40,682 nucleotides of DNA from an uncultured Rickettsiales bacterium (GCA_964520155.1 CAZFOM010000002.1:1703-42384), one strand, 5' to 3'. Shown: positions 25,033 through 33,055, counted from the first letter of the stretch. Program-made: numbers and translations. The notes: generated by a model not told the origin, from the letters alone.

Positions 25033-25593
25033 GTGGTTGTTTTGAGTAAAATATATACCCGCGGCGGGGATAAAGGGAAAACGTCCCTGGTGGATGGTGC
25101 CCGCGTGTCCAAGCATCATGTGCGTGTGGAAGCCTACGGTGCCATCGATGAAACCAACGCCGCCATCGGTGTGGTTCGGCTCTACACCAAGGGCAAGAAT
25201 GATGCGATGCTTGCGCGCCTCCAGAATGATCTTTTCGATCTCGGTGCCGATCTCGCCACGCCCCATTCTGCTAAAATGAAAACCGCACTACGCATCGTCG
25301 AGTCGCAGGTAAAGCGGCTGGAAACCGAAATCGACGCCATGAACGCCACCCTGAAACCGCTCAATTCGTTCGTGCTGCCTGGCGGTTCAACCGTAGCCGC
25401 ATATCTGCATGTGGCGCGCACCATCTGCCGGCGCAGTGAACGCGCCATCACTGCGCTCATGGAAGTCGAATCCATCAATCCATTGGCGCTGCAATACACC
25501 AACCGTCTTTCGGATCACCTCTTTGTCATGTCGCGTTATGTGAACGACAAGGGCAAGAAAGACGTGTTGTGGGTTCCAGGACTCAACCGGTAG
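25033..25593 (+). CDS. ATP:cob(I)alamin adenosyltransferase, PduO/MMAB type
   Basis: [15 protein letters not shown]-terminus, 186 aa. Confidence 0.9.
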   Translation: MVVLSKIYTRGGDKGKTSLVDGARVSKHHVRVEAYGAIDETNAAIGVVRLYTKGKNDAMLARLQNDLFDLGADLATPHSAKMKTALRIVESQVKRLETEIDAMNATLKPLNSFVLPGGSTVAAYLHVARTICRRSERAITALMEVESINPLALQYTNRLSDHLFVMSRYVNDKGKKDVLWVPGLNR

Positions 25594-25600
25594 TGAGCAT

Positions 25601-26350
25601 ATGAAGATACTCGTCCCCGTCAAACGCGTCGTGGATTACAATGTGAAGATCCGCGTCAAGAGCGATCAGTCCGGCGTGGAACTCGCCAATGTGAAAATGT
25701 CCATGAATCCGTTTGACGAAATTGCCGTCGAGGAGGCCGTCCGGCTGAAAGAAAAAAACATCGCTAAGGATATAGTGGTTGTGGCCATAGGATCGGAGGC
25801 ATCGCAGGAAACATTGCGCACAGGGCTAGCACTCGGTGCCGATCGTGCTATTCACATCGTCACCGAAGGGGTGAGTGATTCGCTTGCCGCAGCAAAACTA
25901 CTCGCAACTGTGGTAAAGTCGGAAAATCCGGATCTTGTGATTCTGGGTAAACAAGCCATTGATGATGATTGCAACCAGACCGGCCAGATGCTCGCAGGCC
26001 TTCTCGGCTGGCCACAGGCAACCTTTGCCTCCAAACTGGAAGTGGCCGATGGAAAGGCCACCGTCACGCGCGAGGTGGATGGAGGGCTTTCAACCGTTGA
26101 ATTGACCCTTCCAGCTATTGTGACTACCGACCTGCGCTTAAACGAGCCACGCTACGCCTCGCTTCCCAACATCATGAAAGCACGGAGCAAGCCGCTGGAG
26201 AAGAAAACCCCAGAAGAGCTGGGTGTGTCGCTTGCAACGCGGCATAGTATACTGAAGGTCGAAGAACCGAAAAAACGGCAAGGCGGAAAGAAAGTAAAAG
26301 ATGTTCCCGAGCTTGTGGATAAATTGAGGAACGAAGCGAAAGTCATTTAA
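25601..26350 (+). CDS. etfB: electron transfer flavoprotein subunit beta
   Basis: [19 protein letters not shown]..., 249 aa, full length. Confidence 0.95.
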   Translation: MKILVPVKRVVDYNVKIRVKSDQSGVELANVKMSMNPFDEIAVEEAVRLKEKNIAKDIVVVAIGSEASQETLRTGLALGADRAIHIVTEGVSDSLAAAKLLATVVKSENPDLVILGKQAIDDDCNQTGQMLAGLLGWPQATFASKLEVADGKATVTREVDGGLSTVELTLPAIVTTDLRLNEPRYASLPNIMKARSKPLEKKTPEELGVSLATRHSILKVEEPKKRQGGKKVKDVPELVDKLRNEAKVI

Positions 26351-26395
26351 CGCTCATATTGTACACTTATTGATTTATCACATACACATCAATGT

Positions 26396-26426
26396 GTTAA
26401 TTCCACAAACCTGCTCTGGAATTAAC
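26396..26426. promoter_or_regulatory. perfect 10-bp inverted repeat GTTAATTCCA-N11-TGGAATTAAC (candidate operator) upstream of the curlin gene
   Basis: 26396-26405 is the exact reverse complement of 26417-26426. The right half plus 2 nt (tctggaattaac) recurs at 9717-9728 upstream of the RTX gene. Confidence 0.35.
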
Positions 26427-26474
26427 CATATGTTACGATTGTGTTAAAGTTGTTAACAATAGTTACCTTTTATG

Positions 26475-26503
26475 TTGCTCCGTATTTTACAGCGTGCTAT
26501 AAG
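26475..26503 (+). promoter_or_regulatory. candidate sigma70-type promoter for the curli operon
   Basis: TTGCTC-N17-TATAAG, about 70 nt upstream of the ATG. Sequence match only. Confidence 0.25.
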
Positions 26504-26573
26504 ACGCAGCCTTATCGTATATTAACTATTTATTAACTTTTTACTTACTCTTTTTTAACTTTACGAGGTTCAC

Positions 26574-28139
26574 ATGAAAACGTTTTCACTTCTTTCGACG
26601 GTGAGCGCTGTCGCGATACTGATCGCAGCCAATGCTCATGCACTCGATAACTTTGTCAATATCGACCAAGTTACGCAAAATAACGCTGCCAGCGCGGTAC
26701 AGAGCGGTTCGGAGAACCAATCCCGTATCTATCAAAAAGGCGATGTATTCAACAAGTCCTTCAGCACCCAGATCGGCGAACAGAACCAGTATCTCTCCTC
26801 GCAGAACGGCTTCAACAATGAAGCAACGGGCTATGCTGCTGGTGTCGCAAACGAAGCTATCATTGATCAGACCGGTGCAAACCATAAGTCGATCAACTCC
26901 GTTCAGGGCGATAATAACGACATCGTAAGCGTGCAGACCGGCGGTGATCATTATTCCCAGATCACGCAGAACGCCAATTCCGCTATCGCCAACGTTCGTC
27001 AGGAAGGCGCAAACCAGCAGACATTCCTGTTTCAGGGCGGTATAGAAAACCGTGCATTCCTCTCGCAGGAAAATGCTGCTAACTTCATCAATGGTTATCA
27101 AGATGGTATCCGCAACCGTGTTACCGCCGCTCAGACCGGCAACTTACAGAAGCTGAGCTTCGATCAGCGCGGTGTCGAATCCAACATCAACGTCACCCAG
27201 TCCGGATCGGATCACAGCGCGTTCGTTGGCCAGAATGGCAGCAACGGCACGGTCAATCTCGGTCAGGCAGGCCTGCAACATAATGCATATGTGACGCAGG
27301 GCGGCTCTGAGAACGTGGCAAACCTGAACCAGCAGAATCAGGGTAATGGCCTTGTTGGCAATCAGGGTGGTTTCAAAAACACCGCAAACGTGAACCAGAT
27401 TGATCAGTTCCAGTATATTACCTTCTCGCAAACGGGTAATAAGGAGATCTTGAACTCCAACCAGTCCGGTATCTCGAATAAAGCACACGTCAATCAGGTT
27501 GGTAACAACGGTGTGTTCAACCTTGAGCAAGTCGGCAACAACAACAAAACGGTTGCCGACCTGCAGGCCGGCCACACTACGTTCGCTCCGACCGTGGACT
27601 ATCCATTCGGCGTGAAATCCACCAACGTGAAACAGGTGGGTGGCTCGAACTACGCGCAGGTGACTCAGCGTGGCGGCGATCCGCTCGCAGACATCACCCA
27701 GACCGGTGTCAACCATGCGGCGTTCCTCTATCAGGAAGGAAACACCAACACCTATCTGCTCAAGCAGAACGGAGATGGTAACTTTGCCAATGGTTATCAG
27801 TCGTTCCAGAACAACCTCGCCAACGTGACGCAGGACGGGTTCTGGCACAAATCCACCATCGAGCAGACCGGCCGTGAAGGCACCGCGCTCGTGCTTCAGA
27901 CCGGTGGCAATCAGGAAGCCTATATCTACCAGAAAGGAAAGCTGCAGGTCGCAGAATCCAATCAGGAAGGCTATGGCAACAAGCTGATCGTCGCGCAGGA
28001 TGGATTGAACAACTACACCAAATCCTTCCAGCGTGCAGAAGGCAACTTCGCCAACGTAAGTCAGACCGGTACGACCGATGTGACTTTCATCAATCAGCTC
28101 GACTCGTTCAATACGATCAACGTGTCACAAGCTGACTAA
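26574..28139 (+). CDS. csgA: curlin-repeat protein, major subunit candidate (CsgA-like, ~22 repeats)
   Basis: Signal peptide ...ANAHA, then consecutive ~22-aa units with Q-x-G-x-x-N-x-A-x-x-x-Q periodicity. The composition is rich in Gln, Asn and Gly. It is followed by csgF and csgG homologues. Confidence 0.8.
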   Translation: MKTFSLLSTVSAVAILIAANAHALDNFVNIDQVTQNNAASAVQSGSENQSRIYQKGDVFNKSFSTQIGEQNQYLSSQNGFNNEATGYAAGVANEAIIDQTGANHKSINSVQGDNNDIVSVQTGGDHYSQITQNANSAIANVRQEGANQQTFLFQGGIENRAFLSQENAANFINGYQDGIRNRVTAAQTGNLQKLSFDQRGVESNINVTQSGSDHSAFVGQNGSNGTVNLGQAGLQHNAYVTQGGSENVANLNQQNQGNGLVGNQGGFKNTANVNQIDQFQYITFSQTGNKEILNSNQSGISNKAHVNQVGNNGVFNLEQVGNNNKTVADLQAGHTTFAPTVDYPFGVKSTNVKQVGGSNYAQVTQRGGDPLADITQTGVNHAAFLYQEGNTNTYLLKQNGDGNFANGYQSFQNNLANVTQDGFWHKSTIEQTGREGTALVLQTGGNQEAYIYQKGKLQVAESNQEGYGNKLIVAQDGLNNYTKSFQRAEGNFANVSQTGTTDVTFINQLDSFNTINVSQAD

Positions 28140-28163
28140 ATCGAAGACGTGAACCTCTTTGGT

Positions 28164-28191
28164 CGGGGGATGTGCAATGGCGCATCCCCCG
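28164..28191 (+). other. GC-rich intercistronic hairpin between the two curlin genes
   Basis: cgggggatg - 10-nt loop - catcccccg (9-bp perfect stem), with no U-run. Confidence 0.4.
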
Positions 28192-28227
28192 ATAAAGAAG
28201 ACAAACACTAGCGCATCATCACAGATC

Positions 28228-28830
28228 ATGAATAAACTGCTTATCCTCCCACTCGCATTCCTGGTTTCCAGCCCTGCTCTTGCACTGAATAATGCCGTGC
28301 AGATTGATCAGGTGGTGGGTAACGGAAATGTTGTGCAGGCCGCGCAGGCGGGTGAGCAAAACACGCTCATCGTGCAGCAGGGCGGTGTGGACGGATTTAT
28401 TGATGCAAGCCAGTCAGGCACCGGAAATAATCTTGCCCTGAATCAATTTGGAACCGACAACGAAATGTATGCCTACCAGCGCGGTGAGCGCAATGTGGGA
28501 AGGCAAACGCAGAACGGCGAAGCAAATATCTCCATCCTCTATCAGCGCGGCGAGGACAATTACTCGCTTCAGAATCAGGATGGTTTCAATAACTATGCAT
28601 TCACTTATCAGAAGGGTGATCGTAACGTTTCCGAGACGATCCAGATCGGAAACGATAACATCGCCACCAAAGTACAGATCGGCGATGATCTGGAGCATAA
28701 AGTAACACAAGAAGGAAACGGAATGTCTGTGAGAATTTTGCAACAGACCGTCAATCTCGATAAGGATTACGAGCACTTGAAGATGCTCGAACAAGAGCTG
28801 GGCGGAATCACGATTTCCGTCAACCAATAG
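28228..28830 (+). CDS. curlin-repeat protein, second subunit (CsgB-like nucleator candidate)
   Basis: The start is set at MNKLLILPLAFLVSSPALA (signal peptide). About 7 curlin-type units follow (e.g. NNLALNQFGTDNEMYAYQRGER) and then a non-repeat C-terminal tail. Confidence 0.75.
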   Translation: MNKLLILPLAFLVSSPALALNNAVQIDQVVGNGNVVQAAQAGEQNTLIVQQGGVDGFIDASQSGTGNNLALNQFGTDNEMYAYQRGERNVGRQTQNGEANISILYQRGEDNYSLQNQDGFNNYAFTYQKGDRNVSETIQIGNDNIATKVQIGDDLEHKVTQEGNGMSVRILQQTVNLDKDYEHLKMLEQELGGITISVNQ

Positions 28831-28882
28831 CAGTCGGGCGGGCTTAATCCTTCTTTAACGCATCGTATGTAAGGTTAAGTCT

Positions 28883-29290
28883 ATGAAAACGCTTTCCATC
28901 ATTACCGTATCTTTGATACTCGGCACAGCTTCCTTGGCGAACGCGAGCGAGCTGCGCCACCAATTCACCAATCCGGCATTTGGCGGGTTTCCGGCAAATG
29001 GCGCCTATTTCCTGCAAAACGCACAGGCGCAGAACCAGCATAAGGAAGATACTGGCCGCAATACACCATCGCAGAACTTTGCGCAGACGATTACCAGCAG
29101 CCTGCTCAACCGCATTGCGTTCAATATCGCGGATCAGATCTACGGAGAGAACGCAAAAGACTCCGGCCGTTTCGTGATTGATGATACCCTGCTGGAGTTT
29201 AATCGCGTCAATAATCAGGTGATTGTGAACATCACCAACTCCACTACCGGCGAAAAAACCACCATCGAATTACCGGTAACCGAATTTTAA
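28883..29290 (+). CDS. csgF: curli assembly/transport component CsgF
   Basis: The mature N-terminus SELRHQFTNPAFGGFPANGAYFLQNAQAQN closely parallels E. coli CsgF ([27 protein letters not shown]). Confidence 0.85.
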   Translation: MKTLSIITVSLILGTASLANASELRHQFTNPAFGGFPANGAYFLQNAQAQNQHKEDTGRNTPSQNFAQTITSSLLNRIAFNIADQIYGENAKDSGRFVIDDTLLEFNRVNNQVIVNITNSTTGEKTTIELPVTEF

Positions 29291-29326
29291 CGCATCGGCG
29301 TTATACCAAACAGGTAGGGAGTGCAT

Positions 29327-30478
29327 ATGCGTTATATACTGATGATTTCTGCAGCATTGTTTCTTGCAAGCTGTACCAGCGGCGGCATGTCGGGCAGTGC
29401 GTTCACATCTGAAGCCAAGGTCGCGGATAAAACCAAAACCTTTGAAATGCTCAAAACCATGCCGGTGGCAGCACAGAAAGTGGTGGTGTCTGTCTATAAT
29501 TTTGAAGACCAGACCGGTCAGCATAAACCCGATGATAATTCCCCGCAGTATTCCCGCGCCGTCACGCAAGGCGGTCTGGCCATACTGAATAAAGCGCTGC
29601 TGGATGCCGGCAATCATGGATGGTTTACGGTGATCGAGCGCGGCGGGCTGCAAAATCTCCTTCAGGAACGCCAGATCATTCGCTCCACCCGCGATCAGTA
29701 TCGCCTGCCGGACGGACGCAAACTCCCTGATCTTGGGCCTCTGCTTTATGCCGGCCTGTTGCTTGAAGGCGGTATTGTCTCCTATGAATCGAATATCATG
29801 ACGGGCGGTATTGGCGCACGTTACTTGGGTATCGGCGGTAGTACTGAATACCGTCAGGATATTGTAACGGTCTATCTGCGCGCTATCAGTGTGCAGACCG
29901 GCGAAGTGCTGGTATCCGTCAACACGGCCAAAACGATTTTCTCCTCCGGTGTCTCTGGCGGTGCCTATAAATATGTCGCCGTGGACAAGCTGCTCGAAAT
30001 CGAATCGGGATTCACTGTGAACGAACCCCCGCAGTTTGCCGTGCGTCAGGCCATCGAAATGGCCGTGTATTCACTGATCATGGAAGGTGCAGAACGCAAT
30101 CTCTGGGGCTTTGCCGACGCTGCCACAGGGCAAATGCGTTTACTGGATTATATCGAAAAACGCGATGGCAGCAGACCCGTTAGCTCTACCGCGGTGGTGG
30201 AACCCACCTCCGTAAGGCCTGCAACGCCTGCTCAGGAAAACCCTCCCGCACGCGCGCCGGATCTTGCACCACAACAGCCCAATGCCAATCCGACGCTGAA
30301 TGTGCCCACGGGAAATCTGGAGCGCCAGAGCAGTAACGGGACGGTTGTCGATCCAAAAGTCGAAGAAAAAACACCCGCCACCACGACACCGGAAGTGGAA
30401 TATATGAACAACCCGAAGCGCGATAAGCTCTATTGCACTAGCGGCGGCTGTTATCCGTTTCCGCCTCCCACCCGATAA
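29327..30478 (+). CDS. csgG: curli secretion channel lipoprotein CsgG with ~110-aa Pro/Thr-rich C-terminal extension
   Basis: Lipobox LASC, VSVYNFEDQTGQ, YSRAVTQGG..IL..AL..G.FTVIERGGLQNLLQERQI. AGGGAG lies upstream of the ATG at 29327. Confidence 0.85.
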   Translation: MRYILMISAALFLASCTSGGMSGSAFTSEAKVADKTKTFEMLKTMPVAAQKVVVSVYNFEDQTGQHKPDDNSPQYSRAVTQGGLAILNKALLDAGNHGWFTVIERGGLQNLLQERQIIRSTRDQYRLPDGRKLPDLGPLLYAGLLLEGGIVSYESNIMTGGIGARYLGIGGSTEYRQDIVTVYLRAISVQTGEVLVSVNTAKTIFSSGVSGGAYKYVAVDKLLEIESGFTVNEPPQFAVRQAIEMAVYSLIMEGAERNLWGFADAATGQMRLLDYIEKRDGSRPVSSTAVVEPTSVRPATPAQENPPARAPDLAPQQPNANPTLNVPTGNLERQSSNGTVVDPKVEEKTPATTTPEVEYMNNPKRDKLYCTSGGCYPFPPPTR

Positions 30479-31855
30479 TCACTTCGCTTCTGCCAGCGGC
30501 AATTCGATAAGCACTTTAAGTCCCGGGTGGTTATCTGAGAAACTGAGTTCTCCCTGATGTAGTTTGATTGCCGCGTGCACGAGGCTCAAACCAAGGCCAT
30601 TTCCAGGCGTGCTGCGACTGGTTTCCAAGCGAAAGAATTTCTCGGTCACTTTATCATAGAACTCCGGCGGGATGCCTTTGCCCTGATCCGCAATCATGAC
30701 CTGTGCTTTCCCATTCTCCATCTGAAGCGAAATGCGTAACTGGCTCTCCGCAGGAGAATACTTGATCGCATTATCGAGCAGGTTGGCAAAGGCCTGAGAC
30801 AACAGGTGACGATCTCCCATAACCCATACCCCCGCTTGAATATCGGATTGCTCGGACATGGATTTTTCTTCGGCCACCGGCCGATATAGCTCGAGCACGT
30901 TATCGAGAATAGCAGACAGATCGCACGGCACAAAATGTTCGATCCCTGCCCCTACCTCGGCCTGCGAGATGTGCAGGATAGCGTTGAACGTGCCCACCAG
31001 ATCATCAATTTCCTGTAAACAGTGACGCAACTGCTCTGCATGTTCTTCATACGACATATCCTGTTGCAGCAGGAACTCGACGCGGTTGCGCAGTCGATTG
31101 AGTGGCGTGCGCAAATCATGCGCCACGTTGTAGGAAATATCGCGTACCCCGCCGATCAGTTCTTCGATACGGGTGAGCATCCGGTTGATGTTTTCGGCCA
31201 GATGGTCGAATTCATCGGCACTTCCAGACACCGCGACCCGTGTCTGTAATTTGCCCTGCATCACGGTTTCACATACCTGATTGACGCGCTCTAAGCGACG
31301 GTTGATCGTGTAGGAAATTAAAAAGCCGCCCAGAGAGGCAAGCAGCGCCGTGATACCAAAACAGATGAACAGTACATTGGATATTAACTCACGAATTTTT
31401 TCCTGTGCCGCGAGTTTGCGCCCCACCAGCAGAATATAACCGCGCGGCAGCGACGAATTGATCCCGATGGCTTTGTGCGCGCCGGAGCCGGTTTTCTTCT
31501 CCACCGTAAAGGTGATCCAGTCTGCCGGCTTGATCGACCCGCCTGGCCATTTCTCCAGATTTCCTGCGATGATATTCCAGTCGGAATCCATCAATAAAAA
31601 CACCTGATTGCCTTCGCGATCCTTCTCGATCAGGTGATTGATGCTCGCCGCCGTATCGCGCAGGCCTTCCCGTATGAAAGTGCGCCCGAGATCGGCAAGC
31701 TGGATGTTAATGTCGTATTTCAGCTGGCGATCCAGTTCCGCAGTAATGACCGAATAAATGATGACCAGCAGCACCGCTACCGATGCGCCAAACAACAGGA
31801 TATACAGCATCGTCAGGCGAAATGCCGCCGAATTATAGAGTTTCCCCGATTTCAT
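30479..31855 (-). CDS. sensor histidine kinase (two TM segments, periplasmic domain, HAMP, HisKA, HATPase_c)
   Basis: H-box SYNVAHDLRTPL, N-box LLDNAIKY, G-box DQGKGIP...GNGLGLS. The stop codon abuts the csgG stop codon. Confidence 0.85.
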   Translation of the reverse strand: MKSGKLYNSAAFRLTMLYILLFGASVAVLLVIIYSVITAELDRQLKYDINIQLADLGRTFIREGLRDTAASINHLIEKDREGNQVFLLMDSDWNIIAGNLEKWPGGSIKPADWITFTVEKKTGSGAHKAIGINSSLPRGYILLVGRKLAAQEKIRELISNVLFICFGITALLASLGGFLISYTINRRLERVNQVCETVMQGKLQTRVAVSGSADEFDHLAENINRMLTRIEELIGGVRDISYNVAHDLRTPLNRLRNRVEFLLQQDMSYEEHAEQLRHCLQEIDDLVGTFNAILHISQAEVGAGIEHFVPCDLSAILDNVLELYRPVAEEKSMSEQSDIQAGVWVMGDRHLLSQAFANLLDNAIKYSPAESQLRISLQMENGKAQVMIADQGKGIPPEFYDKVTEKFFRLETSRSTPGNGLGLSLVHAAIKLHQGELSFSDNHPGLKVLIELPLAEAK

Positions 31856-32532
31856 TCGCCGCCCGAAACCAGTTGATACCCCGCGCCGCGAATCGTCTTG
31901 ATCAAGGATTTCTGAAAGCCCTTATCCACTTTATTGCGCAAGCGGCTGATCTGCACATCAATCACGTTGGTTTGGGGGTCAAAATGAAAATCCCAGACAT
32001 TTTCAAGCAACATCGTGCGGGTCACAACCTGCCCTGCATTACGCATCAGGTATTCGAGCAACGCAAATTCACGGTTTTGAAGCGAAATTTCTTTCCCTTG
32101 CCGCATAACCTTGCGCGTGAGGAGATTCATGCTGAGTTCACCGACGGTGAGCACACTCTGCTCGGTGGCAGGCCCCACCCTGCGCGAGAGCACCTCGATA
32201 CGCGCCATCAGTTCACTGAACGCAAAGGGCTTTACCAGATAATCGTCCCCGCCGGCCTTAAGTCCTTTCACGCGCTCATCCACCTGGTGCAGGGCACTCA
32301 GTATTAAAATCGGATAGGTTTTTTTGGCATTGCGTATGGTTTGAATGATGGTGAGCCCATCTACTTTGGGCAGCATACGATCCACAATCAATACATCGTA
32401 TTCATTATCGAGCGCGAGATACAGCCCTGTGTTGCCATCCTCCGCGATTTCGCACTGATGCCCTGCCTCCGACAATCCGTTACGGATAAACTGCGCCGTC
32501 TCCTTGTCGTCCTCAATGATCAGCAACCGCAT
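31852..32532 (-). CDS. OmpR-family response regulator
   Basis: The start is at MRLLIIEDD, preceded by GGGGAGAG. Receiver Asp in VLIVDRMLP. Winged-helix C-terminus (LTRKV...LEYLMRNAGQVVTR...IRGAGY). ATGA overlap with the kinase gene. Confidence 0.9.
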   Translation of the reverse strand: MRLLIIEDDKETAQFIRNGLSEAGHQCEIAEDGNTGLYLALDNEYDVLIVDRMLPKVDGLTIIQTIRNAKKTYPILILSALHQVDERVKGLKAGGDDYLVKPFAFSELMARIEVLSRRVGPATEQSVLTVGELSMNLLTRKVMRQGKEISLQNREFALLEYLMRNAGQVVTRTMLLENVWDFHFDPQTNVIDVQISRLRNKVDKGFQKSLIKTIRGAGYQLVSGGE

Positions 32533-32566
32533 GTCACTCTCCCCCTGTATAGGCACTGTAAGTCAT

Positions 32567-32603
32567 AAAAAAGGGCAGCTCAAGCAGAGCCGCCCTCTTT
32601 TTT
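32567..32603 (-). terminator. bidirectional rho-independent terminator
   Basis: AAAAAA-gggcagctc-aagca-gagccgccc-TCTTTTTT. It lies downstream of the small secreted-protein gene. Confidence 0.7.
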
Positions 32604-32619
32604 CCGTGATGGATGCGAA

Positions 32620-32901
32620 TTACTTCGCGATTTTGCCATCTTTGGTGGTGACGGTGGTGCCGTCTTTCAGCTCGTGGGTGCCATCTGGAGCTGGGGTTTT
32701 GGTGCCGTCAGCGTTCACGACGGAAACTGCATCACCAGCAACTTCCACTTTGGTGCCGTCTTTCAGCTCGAGGGTGGTCACAGCAGGAGCAGCAGCTTCA
32801 GCAGCGGCAGGAGCAGCAGCTTCGGTTTTTGCTTCTTCAGCAACAACAGCGGTGGAAAGTGCAAGGCCGGCAACAGCGGCAAGTGCGAACAGTTTGTTCA
32901 T
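32620..32901 (-). CDS. small secreted protein with Ala/Glu-rich linker and duplicated LKDGT(K/T)V motif
   Basis: The start is at MNKLFALAAVAGLALSTAVVA (signal peptide), preceded by GGAGAC. An internal 20-nt exact DNA duplication (tggtgccgtctttcagctcg) occurs at about 32655 and about 32752. Confidence 0.65.
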   Translation of the reverse strand: MNKLFALAAVAGLALSTAVVAEEAKTEAAAPAAAEAAAPAVTTLELKDGTKVEVAGDAVSVVNADGTKTPAPDGTHELKDGTTVTTKDGKIAK

Positions 32902-33020
32902 GTTGGTCTCCAAAAAAATGAGATGTTTAGGTTAAAAATGCAACCGAGTGGTTACATAGGTTCAATATAGTGCAAGAACGTAACCTGTAAATGTCATCAA
33001 CATTACAAATGTGTAATGTT

Positions 33021-33055
33021 CGTTAGTCGTTAGTCGTGGGTCGTTAGTCCTGAGT
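33021..33055. repeat. heptanucleotide tandem repeat (CGTTAGT-type)
   Basis: cgttagt cgttagt cgtgggt cgttagt cctgagt. It is intergenic. Confidence 0.8.

Noticed and set aside
26586-27848. 171-aa and 234-aa minus-strand ORFs inside the curlin gene
   Set aside because: They are shadow ORFs of a repetitive, stop-poor Gln/Asn/Gly coding sequence. The plus-strand frame has a signal peptide, an SD and clear curlin periodicity.
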